Assembly: GCA_030141605.1 (NCBI GenBank)
Contig: JAQGDQ010001552.1
Location: 1 to 34,986 of the forward strand
Source of the DNA: Tubiluchus corallicola
Lineage: Eukaryota > Animalia > Priapulida
Reading direction: 5' to 3'
DNA: 34,986 nt
Part shown: in pieces, positions 12,982-23,864 of the stretch
Position numbering within the stretch: the first letter of the stretch is position 1
Layout of the letters: every line of letters starts with the position of its first letter
Translations under genes and position numbers: made by a program
The notes under the pieces: generated by a model
The model's database searches: none
What the model was told of the DNA's origin: nothing
Seen by the model: only the letters and a program-made list of their open reading frames with translations

Positions 12982-13294
12982 GTAAGCTTTAATTTGTAAT
13001 ATTTTTTTCCATTCGATGCTACAGTTACTCTATTTTAGATGAGTGCTTCGAAAATAGCGAAAATTCGTATGACAACTACAAATGTGAATATTACAGTAAA
13101 ATACTTATTGGTGATACCGAGGGTAATGTAGCATTATACCAGAGTAATGTATTAAAATTGGAAGGCTGTATGCTTATTAAGATAACATAAATTGGTCTTA
13201 TTCTACTAAAATAAAACTCAGCTTCTTTATCTTCACCGTACGTGTCTCTTTGTCTAATTATAATACCAAATGTCAACTTCTGTTAATATTACAG

Positions 13295-13317
13295 ACTGTT
13301 ACGGTCATTATTACTGA
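13295..13317 (+). CDS. Gene B terminal exon (D)CYGHYY*
   Basis: ttacag| acceptor, phase 1; gives an even count of 10 mature Cys; AATAAA at 13505. Confidence 0.65.
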
Positions 13318-13504
13318 TCGTGTTGCTACGGGATGATTGGTGATCACCTACTGCTCAAATTGGACCAGCTTATAAATTGGATATAGGATTATTGGCAGGC
13401 GTCTCCTCAATAATTGGCATTTTGAAAATTATTCCTAGTAACAAACTATTGCTAGAAAATTGTTGTTTATGTTGTTTATATTTACATAGTATATTTATCG
13501 TTTC

Positions 13505-13510
13505 AATAAA
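13505..13510 (+). terminator. Polyadenylation signal of gene B
   Basis: First AATAAA after the predicted stop. Confidence 0.5.
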
Positions 13511-14066
13511 AATGGGTTGACATCTTTACTTAATGGGTTGGCATCTTTACTTAACTATGTTTGATAATGAAATGCATTCGTTCTTTAATGATATCTTCAG
13601 CACAATATAAAATTCTGATTAGTTTGGATCTATTTAGATTTAAACGAAAATAGCTGTGATTTGGATAATCACAACATGTTGAGTACGTTGGTCACAGTGC
13701 TATCCCACTCTTACTCTTGAAGTCGAGTTCTGGTATTTTGAATTTAACACACAGTATCTTGTTGACAGCAAGTATGAATTGGTAAATTCTAGCTCACAAG
13801 TGATACACTATACTACTATCTAAAAACATGCGAAAAAGGTTCACACATTCCTGTATCAGTAACTTACTTTAATATCCCTTTTCTTGGTCAATAATTTATT
13901 TGCTTACCTATATACGTTCACGAATACATTAGCAAAATATATACTTAAGCATTTTCTTTTTCATAAATTCTCCATCGTACCAAATTGCACGTGAATCACG
14001 CGTTTTTGCTTAACTTTCTTAGCAGAAGCTGACCTGTCAGTTTCTTTGTTCAAATGACTGCAGTCG

Positions 14067-14853
14067 ACGTATTTGCCCAAAGATAATGTGCTAGTTAGGT
14101 GTCCAATGCAACAACAAACGTTTCTATGGAAACTTATGACGTATTTGCCCAAAGATAATGCGCTAGTTAGGTGTTCAATGCAACAACAAACGTTTCTATG
14201 GAAACTTATGACGTATTTGCCCAAAGATAATGCGCTAGTTACGCGTCCAATGCAACAACAAACGTTTCTATGGAAACTTATGGCGCATTTGCCCAAAGAT
14301 AATGCGTTATTTACGCGTCCAATGCAACAACAAACATTTCTTTGGAAACTTATGGCGCATTTGCCCAAAGATAATGCGCTAGTTACGCGTCCAATGCAAC
14401 AACAAACGTTTCTATGGAAACTTATGACGTATTTGCCCAAAGATAATGCGCTAGTTACGCGTCCAATGCAACAACAAACATTTCTTTGGAAACTTATGGC
14501 GCATTTGCCCAAAGATAATGCGCTAGTTACGCGTCCAATGCAACAACAAACGTTTCTATGGAAACTTATGACGTATTTGCCCAAAGATAATGCGCTAGTT
14601 AGGTGTTCAATGCAACAACAAACGTTTCTATGGAAACTTATGACGTATTTGCCCAAAGATAATGCGCTAGTTACGCGTCCAATGCAACAACAAACGTTTC
14701 TATGGAAACTTATGGCGCATTTGCCCAAAGATAATGCGTTATTTACGCGTCCAATGCAACAACAAACATTTCTTTGGAAACTTATGGCGCATTTGCCCAA
14801 AGATAATGCGCTAGTTACGCGTCCAATGCAACAACAAACGTTTCTATGGAAAC
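14067..14853. repeat. 72-bp minisatellite, about 11 copies, with 432-bp higher-order structure
   Basis: Explains ORFs 13961-14800 and 14073-14939; variant units recur 6 units apart. Confidence 0.95.
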
Positions 14854-15697
14854 TTCTCTTTCGTAGAAATAAGGCTTGTGTAAGACGTCTTATTACCCCC
14901 CGTCACTGTTACCCTCTTGCTTGGACCATCATACGCTGACGCTGAGGAATAGAAAACCGGAAAGAAAAAGTAAGATACGCATGTTGAAGTCAGATTAAAG
15001 GCGTAAATATTTGTTATGCTTCGTTTAAAATTTCCAAAAATGCAAAAGGTGCACACTTGATAGCCTGATAGGGCTCCGCTTATTTTAAAGGTTTATATAG
15101 TTGTGCAAATTAAATTACATTTTATAATACTCTATGAACAACCGAACGTTCAAATATCTACACAACGACTTGGTTTTTCATTGTTTAAATTTTGTAACTA
15201 ATGATACTCACATGGGAGTTACCATTCTCAATGACTATTATAAGTATTATTGTGTTGTAATAGCGATACTTGCAAATATTAAATATACAATGTATATAAG
15301 GTTCAAAATTAATAGCTAAAACAACTTGTTCGGCCATTGACCGACTGAGTTTCGAAACTTTTAATAGTCCAAGTCATTTTAAAATTTATACAGAGGAAAT
15401 AAAACCAAAACTTGCCAAAATTCTTGTATAAGACATACGTTTATAAAAAAAACGTCATAATAGAGTTTAATATAGGCATAGAGGTATATAAATTCATTTC
15501 TAGCTAGTTTCTTTCTAATCTACTTGTAATATTTTACTTTGGGAAAAGGTCTCTAAATGATTTGACATCTCATTGATAATTGCAGTATAACGCATCTCAA
15601 CTTCAATCTCCTTTCAAATGTAACATTGACGTTCTGTATAACGTCACAGTTACAAAATAATGAATAGTGAAGTAGTGAAGTTGTTTTCGCTAACGAA

Positions 15698-16514
15698 TTA
15701 TAATTGTGCATTTCCTAGTGGATTTTTCAACCAAGGATATTCTTCTGGACATTCTGCGCATGTGTGGAAGAATCTGTCACCAGGGTGATCCTCGTCGTTT
15801 GGTTGATATGTGACGTTATAATAACCACATAAGTTGGGATTGTCACACAAAGTTTCGCGGTCACTATAATCGCAATCAAATACTCCAGATTGCGCAATAT
15901 CAGCTAGTATTGTGGGATTTCTCACCCATTGTAAAGCTTGACTGTATGTGACCAAGTAGACGTCATCAAGTGCTGTAATTTCATCTAGGAATTCCTGCAT
16001 TGCTTCCAAGTTGTGATAGCCATCATTGTAGAACCAATCAGCGCGAAGATTTACCGGAAACGGTGCTTTGTTTTGGTTATAGTGGCGACGGAAATTAGTG
16101 GTCAAAAGTTCCTTTGCCTCCTCTTTGTCGGCGGGAAAGTGACAACTGTCAACGTTGACACATAATGTGTCGTTAGTGTCCAGCCAATTAATTAACGGCA
16201 TTTCCCAAATGGGGCTCGGAGCCGTAGGACAAGGAGGAATAGGGCATCCGGCTGTAGATCGTCTCAGAAAGGAGTAGGGAAACAATGGCGGATCCATGAA
16301 GGCTGTTGAATACGAGGAATCCCAAACAAAACCATTGTTAGCTGCCATGCTCACTGCGTCATCACCACAAGTCTGTAGATACGCTCCCCGAAGTCCTCTA
16401 ATGTCATCCCGGGGAACCCCAGCGAGTGCCTCGAATATCATCTTCTGAGCTGCAAATTCGTCAGCCATTTCATCTTCGTTCATCAACTCCCAGTGAGAAA
16501 TTGGCAATTGTTTA
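15698..16514 (-). CDS. Chitin deacetylase-like gene exon 5 (C-terminal part of the CE4 domain, stop)
   Basis: tttacag| acceptor at 16515; motifs GLRGAYL, WDSS, PPLFPY, IWEMP, NFRRHYNQNKAPF and DDVYLVTYSQALQWVRNP align with animal CDAs. Confidence 0.95.
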
Positions 16515-17173
16515 CTGTAAAATATAAACAACCTTTATTAATGAATCAAAGCAAGTAACGAATCAGTTAATGCATTTTTGGATTATCACGGTTTCTCTTT
16601 ATCTAACATCACGCTTACATGAGATATATGGGAATAGGATCTATCCTATTTCTATGAGTTCCGATAGTCTAAGACAAAGAAAATCTGGCAAATGTAATAA
16701 AAAATGTTAGTACTTTTGTAATAAAATAATTATTGAAAAATTTTCAAAACGAATAAGAATGGTAAATTGGATGAAAACTTTAAGACTTTCTTAATTTGAT
16801 AGTAAATAAAATTAGCAAAGCAAAAGTACAGTAGTTCTTTTCAAACTTTCGTTTAATTTGATTAAAATTGCTAAAGGTTTTAGTTTATGCACGCATTTTC
16901 AAACATTTTACATTATACGTTGAAAATACAGAAAATTTCAAGCATATACATGTAGTGACTTAGGAGATGCTATCATGAATAATGGCATTACGTATATGCT
17001 TCGGTAACTTCTATTTCAAAAGTTGTTTGCCCTCATACAAGCCATCCGGCACTCTAACGGAGCTAGTTATAGTTAATTTGAAACTAGCCTTTGAATTTTT
17101 GTCAGAACCAAATTTCCACGAACACGTTGATAAAAACGTTGATATTACAGAAGCAGCTAAAAACCAGGCTAAC

Positions 17174-17600
17174 CTAATCGAATGAGCGGCTATTTCGTTT
17201 CCCTCTGCGTATAGACTTTGTACAGCAGCGTAGTCGGTGAACTGATGACTTACAAAGAACGTACCCACTGCTGGACATCCGTCTGGATTGTAACGAGGCT
17301 CTCGTCTCCTACCAGCACCAATTTTCTTGAATATCTGATGGTAAAGATGATTGTAGTCCTCTATACGTACGGCTTCGTCGAACGAAATCATCACTATCTG
17401 GGGTATTTCGTCACGTGATAACCCACCAGGGATGTCAGAGTTACTGCACTTGCACTCTGGCAGTTGACAGTTTTCCGGTGTGCATTCTTCTGCGCAATTT
17501 CGCTCGTCTGAACCGTCGTCGCATTGTTCTACGTCGTCACAAACTGCTCTGTAAGCAATGAAGTCTCCACTGTTGCATTCATACTGAGCTAAATCGTCAG
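17174..17600 (-). CDS. CDA-like exon 4 (LDL-receptor class A domain and start of the CE4 domain)
   Basis: CDDVEQCDDGSDERNC (LDLa), CQLPECKCS, PQIVMISFDEAV, NPDGCP, TFFVSH, EIAAHSI; phase 1-2. Confidence 0.95.
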
Positions 17601-17921
17601 CTGTTAGAAACAGGTAATAAAAACACTTTTTAAACACGAAAACGTGAAACATAATTGAAATACAGAAAATCACAAAAAGAAAAAAATCGCTATACTTAAT
17701 GTTATACGATAAGGACAAAACGCCAATGTTGGCATAAATGTGCCACTTTGATCCTGACGTTGGCATAAATGTGTCACTTTAATCCAGTTAATCAAAAATA
17801 TAATCTCCCTTTTAATTTAAATTACGAATATTATAGCGTGCATCAATTAAAACAATAAAACAGTAATATGCAGTTTGTTATAAATTTACCGTTTTTTTTA
17901 AATGTTCATGAAAGTTTGTCC

Positions 17922-17991
17922 ATCAACATTGTTCCAACATTGTTCCATCAACATTGTTCCAACATTGTTCCATCAACATTGTTCCAACATT
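17922..17991. repeat. 11/14-bp tandem repeat (AACATTGTTCC)
   Basis: Directly visible. Confidence 0.85.
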
Positions 17992-18082
17992 GCAACAAAC
18001 AATTGTGGCAAGTACAAAATTTTCGAGCATTAAAGACAAAAACCTGCTTCAAATTAAATGCATCACAGTCTCTACATACCTG

Positions 18083-18359
18083 CATGGCTTATTTCAGGGG
18101 GGAGGTGGGAAGTGGGGATACTTCCCCGGGGCTTCACCCTCCAGGGGGGCCTCGCACCGAGGTAACATTTCTTTTTGCTTTATGCGAACATTCAATTGTT
18201 CTTTCCTTTAACAACTGTATAACTCCATATTTTCTCTTCGAAAAATGCTTCTCCGGCATTCTAGCAGTTCAACCATGGTGGCGCCCGACACCTCCCCCCC
18301 TCGAGGGGACCTCACACGCCCCACTTTCCCGGGCCTTGCTTAGGCTGAAATAGGCCCTA
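18083..18359 (+). mobile_element. hAT-like MITE inserted at the CDA exon-3 splice donor
   Basis: Degenerate TIRs CATGGCTTATTTCAG / CTGAAATAGGCCCTA; perfect 8-bp TSD CATACCTG; homologous to 25237-25791. Confidence 0.88.
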
Positions 18360-18364
18360 CATAC

Positions 18365-18489
18365 CTGGATCAATTAATGGAAGAACTTCAATTGGATCAG
18401 GGCGGAAGAAGCTGCAAATATCGTTCACAGCATTTTCTGGTGACTCGCATCTCTGCGCATCAGGTGTCCATATTGTATCTCCTGGACAT
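18365..18489 (-). CDS. CDA-like exon 3: (R)CPGDTIWTPDAQRCESPENAVNDICSFFRPDPIEVLPLIDP (second half of CBM14)
   Basis: ctgtag| acceptor and CAG|gtatgt donor; phase 2-1; supplies Cys 4-6 of the peritrophin-A domain; absent from the ORF track. Confidence 0.9.
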
Positions 18490-18835
18490 CTACAGGAGTA
18501 AAATTGAAACATTGAAATAATTCAAACAACACGGCCATTTTAACGAAATCAGCATAAAAGCACAGTACAAAGCCCTCACTTAACACTGTACTTACGAGAG
18601 AGGACCACAGATATCAACCATAACTTGCCATTTTTAAATTATGTTACAGTCGGCAGAAATGTGAAGTAAGATTGAAGTTATGTGACTAATTAAACTTTAC
18701 CACATTGTTATTATCACTTTATTGTCACGTTATTATCACCAAACTATCACTTAAGTTATTTACTTATTTTGTGAAAATATATTTGCTTCCGAAAGTGCTC
18801 TAAATTTAACAATAATTTAGTTAATTGTTAATAAA

Positions 18836-18837
<2 letters not shown>

Positions 18838-18872
<35 letters not shown>

Positions 18873-19352
18873 TTCTTTATTTGTTATTGAAATGGTTCAC
18901 TCATTATAATAAAATTGAGTAATCCTCAGCGTAATGTTAAAATAACAACACTGTTCAAAACAAATGCGTCCAGTGCAGACTAAAAAAAACTAAAGTGTAA
19001 AACTAAGGACTAATTATATACAATAAATGAATATATTTACAAACACCATATTAAAATATTTTTACAAAACAATATTACAAAAATACATTAAATTTTACAT
19101 GACATGTTTTACACTATATATACATTTGACATGATACAATTAACAGAAACATGCTTTACATTACATAAATTTCACTCATTACATTTACACTATTTATACA
19201 TTTGACATTACAAAACTAATATAACACGTATTACATAACATAATTTTTTTTAAAAAATTCATTTATAATCGTTATATGGAGTCAGGGGCGGGGGTAGATG
19301 AAAGTGGAGTCTGTGTAATTAATATCAGATGCATAATCTGGAAGTTGAAACC
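18838..19352 (-). mobile_element. Family A copy 2 (LINE 3' UTR-like, AATAAA plus (TA)n tail)
   Basis: Matches 655-1093; (AT)n tail at 18838-18869. Confidence 0.7.
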
Positions 19353-19576
19353 TGTTATATTCACGTGGCGGCGTGTTTTATTAGTAAATTGTTTCATGTC
19401 TACTAACGGGCACAGAGCTGACAATTTTGCAATTAGTGAACTAAGCAGATAAAGTAAATTTTGAGGTCATGACCCACAAGAACTATAAAACTAATTAGTA
19501 CATTACGCAACTCATTACTGTTATCACTATTTTTGTTAATCGTAGTAGTATGTCAGTTTGTTTCTGGATCGCTTAT

Positions 19577-19947
19577 TGTTGTGTTTTGTTTCTGTCGGAA
19601 GGCTCGTAGAGAAAACCAGAAAACACGCCGTCAAATTAAACTAGTTTATTAAGCGAGAATTCTACAACACAAAAGTATGAAGGAACGCGAAATGTTTACA
19701 CTAAACGTAAATATCTGGAAAACGTTTAAGTGTATCTGAAAATACAAGTATACAAGAGAATGTGTAAGTGGCGTCCGTGTGAATCCGTGTGCCTCCGTCT
19801 CAGCGACCTGCTTCGCCTTATATAGGGTGCCCCAGAAGCTTCTAGAAGTTACTTTCCAGAACATTCTACACGGTAACACGATCATTCCAACGGAACATTC
19901 TACAATGTTCTATGTAATTTTAATAGATGCCAGCGATCTCCACAACA
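19577..19947 (-). mobile_element. Solo LTR family B, copy 2
   Basis: TGTTGTG...CACAACA termini; homologous to 5157-5522. Confidence 0.7.
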
Positions 19948-20432
19948 ATTACGCAACTCATTACTGCACTTTTAACAAGGTTAGAATTAAGCTACGAAAA
20001 ACGCATGCGGTAAAAATCGTACAAACGATGTTCTTACAATTTCACTAACCTCTTCTTCATTATAACTATTACTGCCGCTTTAGCAACTCCTTTGTAATTA
20101 GTTGCTTTGCAGGGTCACACGATTAGCAACCCGTCAAGGCCAAACCAAACCATGACAGTAGTTTTGACTAATCTCTCTCTCCCCACTATAGCATTCCATT
20201 CTCCGGGGGTGTCTATTTTACTCCTCTGATTACAGTGGAAACGTTCCATTTAATTACTGACTTCTAAAACGCCTGCATTAAAAGATTCCAACTTTACGGG
20301 AAGCTGTAATTGTTTGCAAGGTCTAGCTAAATTTAGGACAAACTTAAAATCATTATAGCGAGTTAAATTATAAAGAATTTTGTAGAGCAGCGAATAAAAA
20401 TGAAAAAGGAAACAAAATCTAAAAAGCAAATT

Positions 20433-21105
20433 CCCGACATCTGACTTTTAATCACCGATATTTCAGAACAGCTGTACCCCCCCCCCCCGACATCTGACTT
20501 TTAATCACCGATATTTCAGAACAGCTGTTCCCCCCCCCCCCCCGACATCTGACTTGTAATCACGGATATTTCAGAACAGCTGTACCCCCCCCCCCCCCGA
20601 CATCTGACTTGTAATCACGGATATTTCAGAACAGCTGTACCCCCCCCGACATCTGACTTTAATCACAACAAACACCAACAAACACACCCCCCCCCGACAT
20701 CTGACTTAACACAACAAACACACCCCCCCCGACATCTGACTTGTAATCACTGATATTTCAGAACAGGCTTGTCGCTCGCGAACCCCCCCCCCCCCCAACA
20801 TCTGACTTGTAATCACCGATATTTCTGAACACTCTTATCGCTCGCGAACCCCCCCCCTCCAACATCTGACTTTTAATCACCGATATTTCAGAACACTCTT
20901 ATCGCTCGCGAACCCCCCCTCCCCCCAACATCTGACTTGTAATCACCGATATTTCAGAACAGCCTTATCGCTCGTGACCCCCCCCCCCCCGACATCTGAC
21001 TTTTAATCACTGATATTTCAGAACAGGCTTGTCGCTCGCGACCCCCCCCCCCGACATCTGACTTATAATCATTGATATTTCGGAGAAGGCTTGTCGTTCG
21101 AGACC
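20433..21105. repeat. Variable 35-62 bp minisatellite with poly-C tracts, about 12 units
   Basis: Core ACATCTGACTT(T/G)TAATCACCGATATTTCAGAACA preceded by C runs. Confidence 0.9.
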
Positions 21106-21446
21106 CAACCGTTGAACGGATCTTTAAGGTCTTTAAGTAAATAAATTACCAAACGATGAAACAAGTTCTTTCTAGTTTGGAATGTTGAGAATATTTTAAA
21201 AAAATGAAGCTTGTTATTAGGACATTTCAAATATACGAACCCGCGAGGAATTCGTATCAAACGGCAGCCCCATTTACTGTATCTGCGAATTCTGAAATTT
21301 ATTGTTGGTCAAAAACTGTCGTTCAGGCATGAGAACGTGAGAAGATTACACGACTGACACTTTTTAATCTTCTTGCTACCAAAATGGCGAGTTTTTCGGC
21401 AAACAATTATCTCAAGAGCAATTAACGTTTTATATCATTTTTCAAT

Positions 21447-21510
21447 AGATTAGATTAGATTGGATTGGATTGGATTGGATTGGATTGGATTGGATTAGAT
21501 TAGATTAGAT
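21447..21510. repeat. (GATTA/GATTG)n pentanucleotide repeat
   Basis: Directly visible. Confidence 0.9.
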
Positions 21511-21579
21511 CGGCATAAAAGCCACAAAAAACGTAAATTTTTACATGACATTAATGTAAATGGGGGGCAGGGACTTGGC

Positions 21580-21941
21580 CTGTAATACATGTTATGTTAG
21601 TTTTGTTATATCAAATGTATAAATAGTGTAAATGTAATGAGTGAAATTTATGTAATGTAAAGCATGTTTCTGTTAATTGTGTCATATGTATATATAGTGT
21701 AAAATATGTCGTGTAAAATTTAATGTACTTTTGTGTTATTGTTTTGTAAAAATATTTTAATATGGTGTTTGTAAATATGTTCATTTATTGTATATAATTA
21801 GGCCTTAGTTTTGCACTTTAGTTTTTTTTAGTCTGCAAAGGACGCATTTGTCTTGAACAGTGTTGTTATTTTAACATTACGCTGAGGATTACTCAATTTT
21901 ATTATAATGAGTAAACCATTTTAATGACAAATAAAGAATTA

Positions 21942-21982
<41 letters not shown>
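21580..21982 (+). mobile_element. Family A copy 3, inverted relative to copy 2
   Basis: Reverse complement of 18870-19240; ends AATAAAGAATTAAT(AT)n. Confidence 0.75.
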
Positions 21983-21986
<4 letters not shown>

Positions 21987-22488
21987 AACACGTGACTAGT
22001 CCTGAAAGCTCACTTTTATGAGAATTTCATTTGTGAACGAAAATTATCAACAATCAACTGCCAAATATAAATTTGATAACTTTTATTGTGTCAAACAGGT
22101 CAGTAAGTACCTGTAACTGTATTTAATTTAATCGAAATTTAATTCATTGTGAATTAAGTAAGGTCATTGAAATATATTGCTAACGTTGCAACAAAAAAGA
22201 CAACATGTCGATATATAAAAAGTCAAACAGCAACAAAATTTCAAACACGTGAGCAGTATGTTCCAAAACATGAGACTCATGGACCCATCATATATATTTG
22301 CCATTAAAATACATTGATAATCACTGATAAAAACTTTACAGAGATGATCAATCAGTGTTAGTTAATAAAAACTTACACTGCTAAAGGCAAATGCGTCAGT
22401 GCAATCTAAACTACTGTGCAGTAATGGAAAGTAACGACGAATAAAATCAAACATATTTACAACTATGCACAAAAAAATGAAAAATTAC

Positions 22489-22639
22489 CTGGTAAGTTTT
22501 GGCCATCCATTGTCGCAGATGTAGAACAACTGACAATCGTCCGGATCGGCTGAGAAATTTTTGGCGCCAATATTTGGATGACAGTCGTCTTCTGCTTGTA
22601 GAGGTACACCAAGTCTTTTCAACAATGGTCCGGCCAGCA
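22489..22639 (-). CDS. CDA-like exon 2: (V)LAGPLLKRLGVPLQAEDDCHPNIGAKNFSADPDDCQLFYICDNGWPKLT (first half of CBM14)
   Basis: tttcag| acceptor and CAG|gtaatt donor; phase 1-2; ADPDDCQLFYIC peritrophin-A signature. Confidence 0.92.
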
Positions 22640-23131
22640 CTGAAATATTTAAACATAATACTAGCTTATAAGCCACATGTATCACATACTAACATTCCTT
22701 GCTAAAATTGCATTAAGTACAAGGAATTCTTAATAAGCTGACATAATTAGCTACCTTAATTAGCTACCATAAATCTCTCGTACTATGGGACTGGTGAACA
22801 TACCCTGTTTCTCAGTTATACCGATAGTAACAATTTTTCCCTTATTAAATAATAAGATACCAATTTTTATAAGTTTCCTGCATAAAGAGTATGTCATATT
22901 TAACGCAGATATTTCACAAAAGGGCTGAAAGTATCTCTTTGCTCGCGGCTATTCTCTCCAGGTTTTAAGCTGAAATATGTATTAATTTTAAAGCAAAAAA
23001 ATCCAAGTCAACTTAAATACGTAAAAATGTCAGGTTAGTTTAAACATAATTTATTTAGGATTGGATCAGACAGTTTGTACAACATGATTTAGGATCCTCT
23101 CCACAACAGACTTTATACACTATTTACAAAA

Positions 23132-23279
23132 ACATTTACAGTAAGAATTGACTATAACTACACAAGCTGACAAGTTTTACTACAAGATTACATTAGACAT
23201 TAGTAACATTTACAGTAAGAATAGACTATAACTACACAAGCTGACAAGTTTTACTACAAGATTACATTAGACATTAGTA
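23132..23279. repeat. 74-bp tandem duplication
   Basis: ACATTTACAGTAAGAAT at 23132 and 23206. Confidence 0.9.
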
Positions 23280-23621
23280 GAAAATGACGGTTAGTAAATA
23301 TTAATGTACGATTATTTAAGACCGATGCATTTTATATCAGATAGAAACTACTGGAAGCGTTTAGTACGTAATATAAAGTCATGTATACATCGGAATATTT
23401 TACAGTTAGCAACATAGTTAAACATAGATAAAGTACTCTGTGGAACTTGTACCTTATCGTTTAGCTCTGGAGCTGAGTTACCCTTTTCTTAAACTGTCAG
23501 GTAACTTCAAAGGTGTGAATAATAGTAGTGAAAATTAATACAATTAAATTGTTTATATAAGTATGTAAGCACAATCTCAAGTAAATTATTGGTATTAATA
23601 GAATACGACAGCCGTACATAC

Positions 23622-23661
23622 CTGCCGCGGAGCACAATAAAATCACTAAGAAAATCTGCAT
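23622..23661 (-). CDS. CDA-like exon 1 (signal peptide MQIFLVILLCSAA)
   Basis: ATG at 23661 and CAG|gtatgt donor, phase 1; five exons total 1560 nt = 519 aa plus stop, with all phases consistent. Confidence 0.88.
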
Positions 23662-23715
23662 CTTAGAGCAAGTGTTGGAATGCAAACTACATACCAATGC
23701 TTCCAACTTTTAAGT

Positions 23716-23722
23716 TTTTATA
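23716..23722 (-). promoter_or_regulatory. TATA box of the CDA-like gene
   Basis: Minus-strand TATAAAA 55 bp upstream of the ATG. Confidence 0.6.
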
Positions 23723-23864
23723 CTAACCTCAGCGTCACACGTGTATGCCTGAATGCCTTCATCAACTAACGAGGCTGCGACCTTGGTGACAAACCAGACT
23801 AGTAGATGGGCATGTTACATGTATATACTCTCATTGTGTACACACAAGCAAAGTACAGAAACTA

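Noticed and set aside
13961-14939. 279/288-aa repeat ORFs
   Set aside because: 72-bp satellite artefact
21880-21920. Hammerhead ribozyme in family A (CTGAGGA plus stem)
   Set aside because: The stem is followed by AC or GAAC rather than GAAA and no stem I/III was found; better explained as a LINE 3' stem-loop
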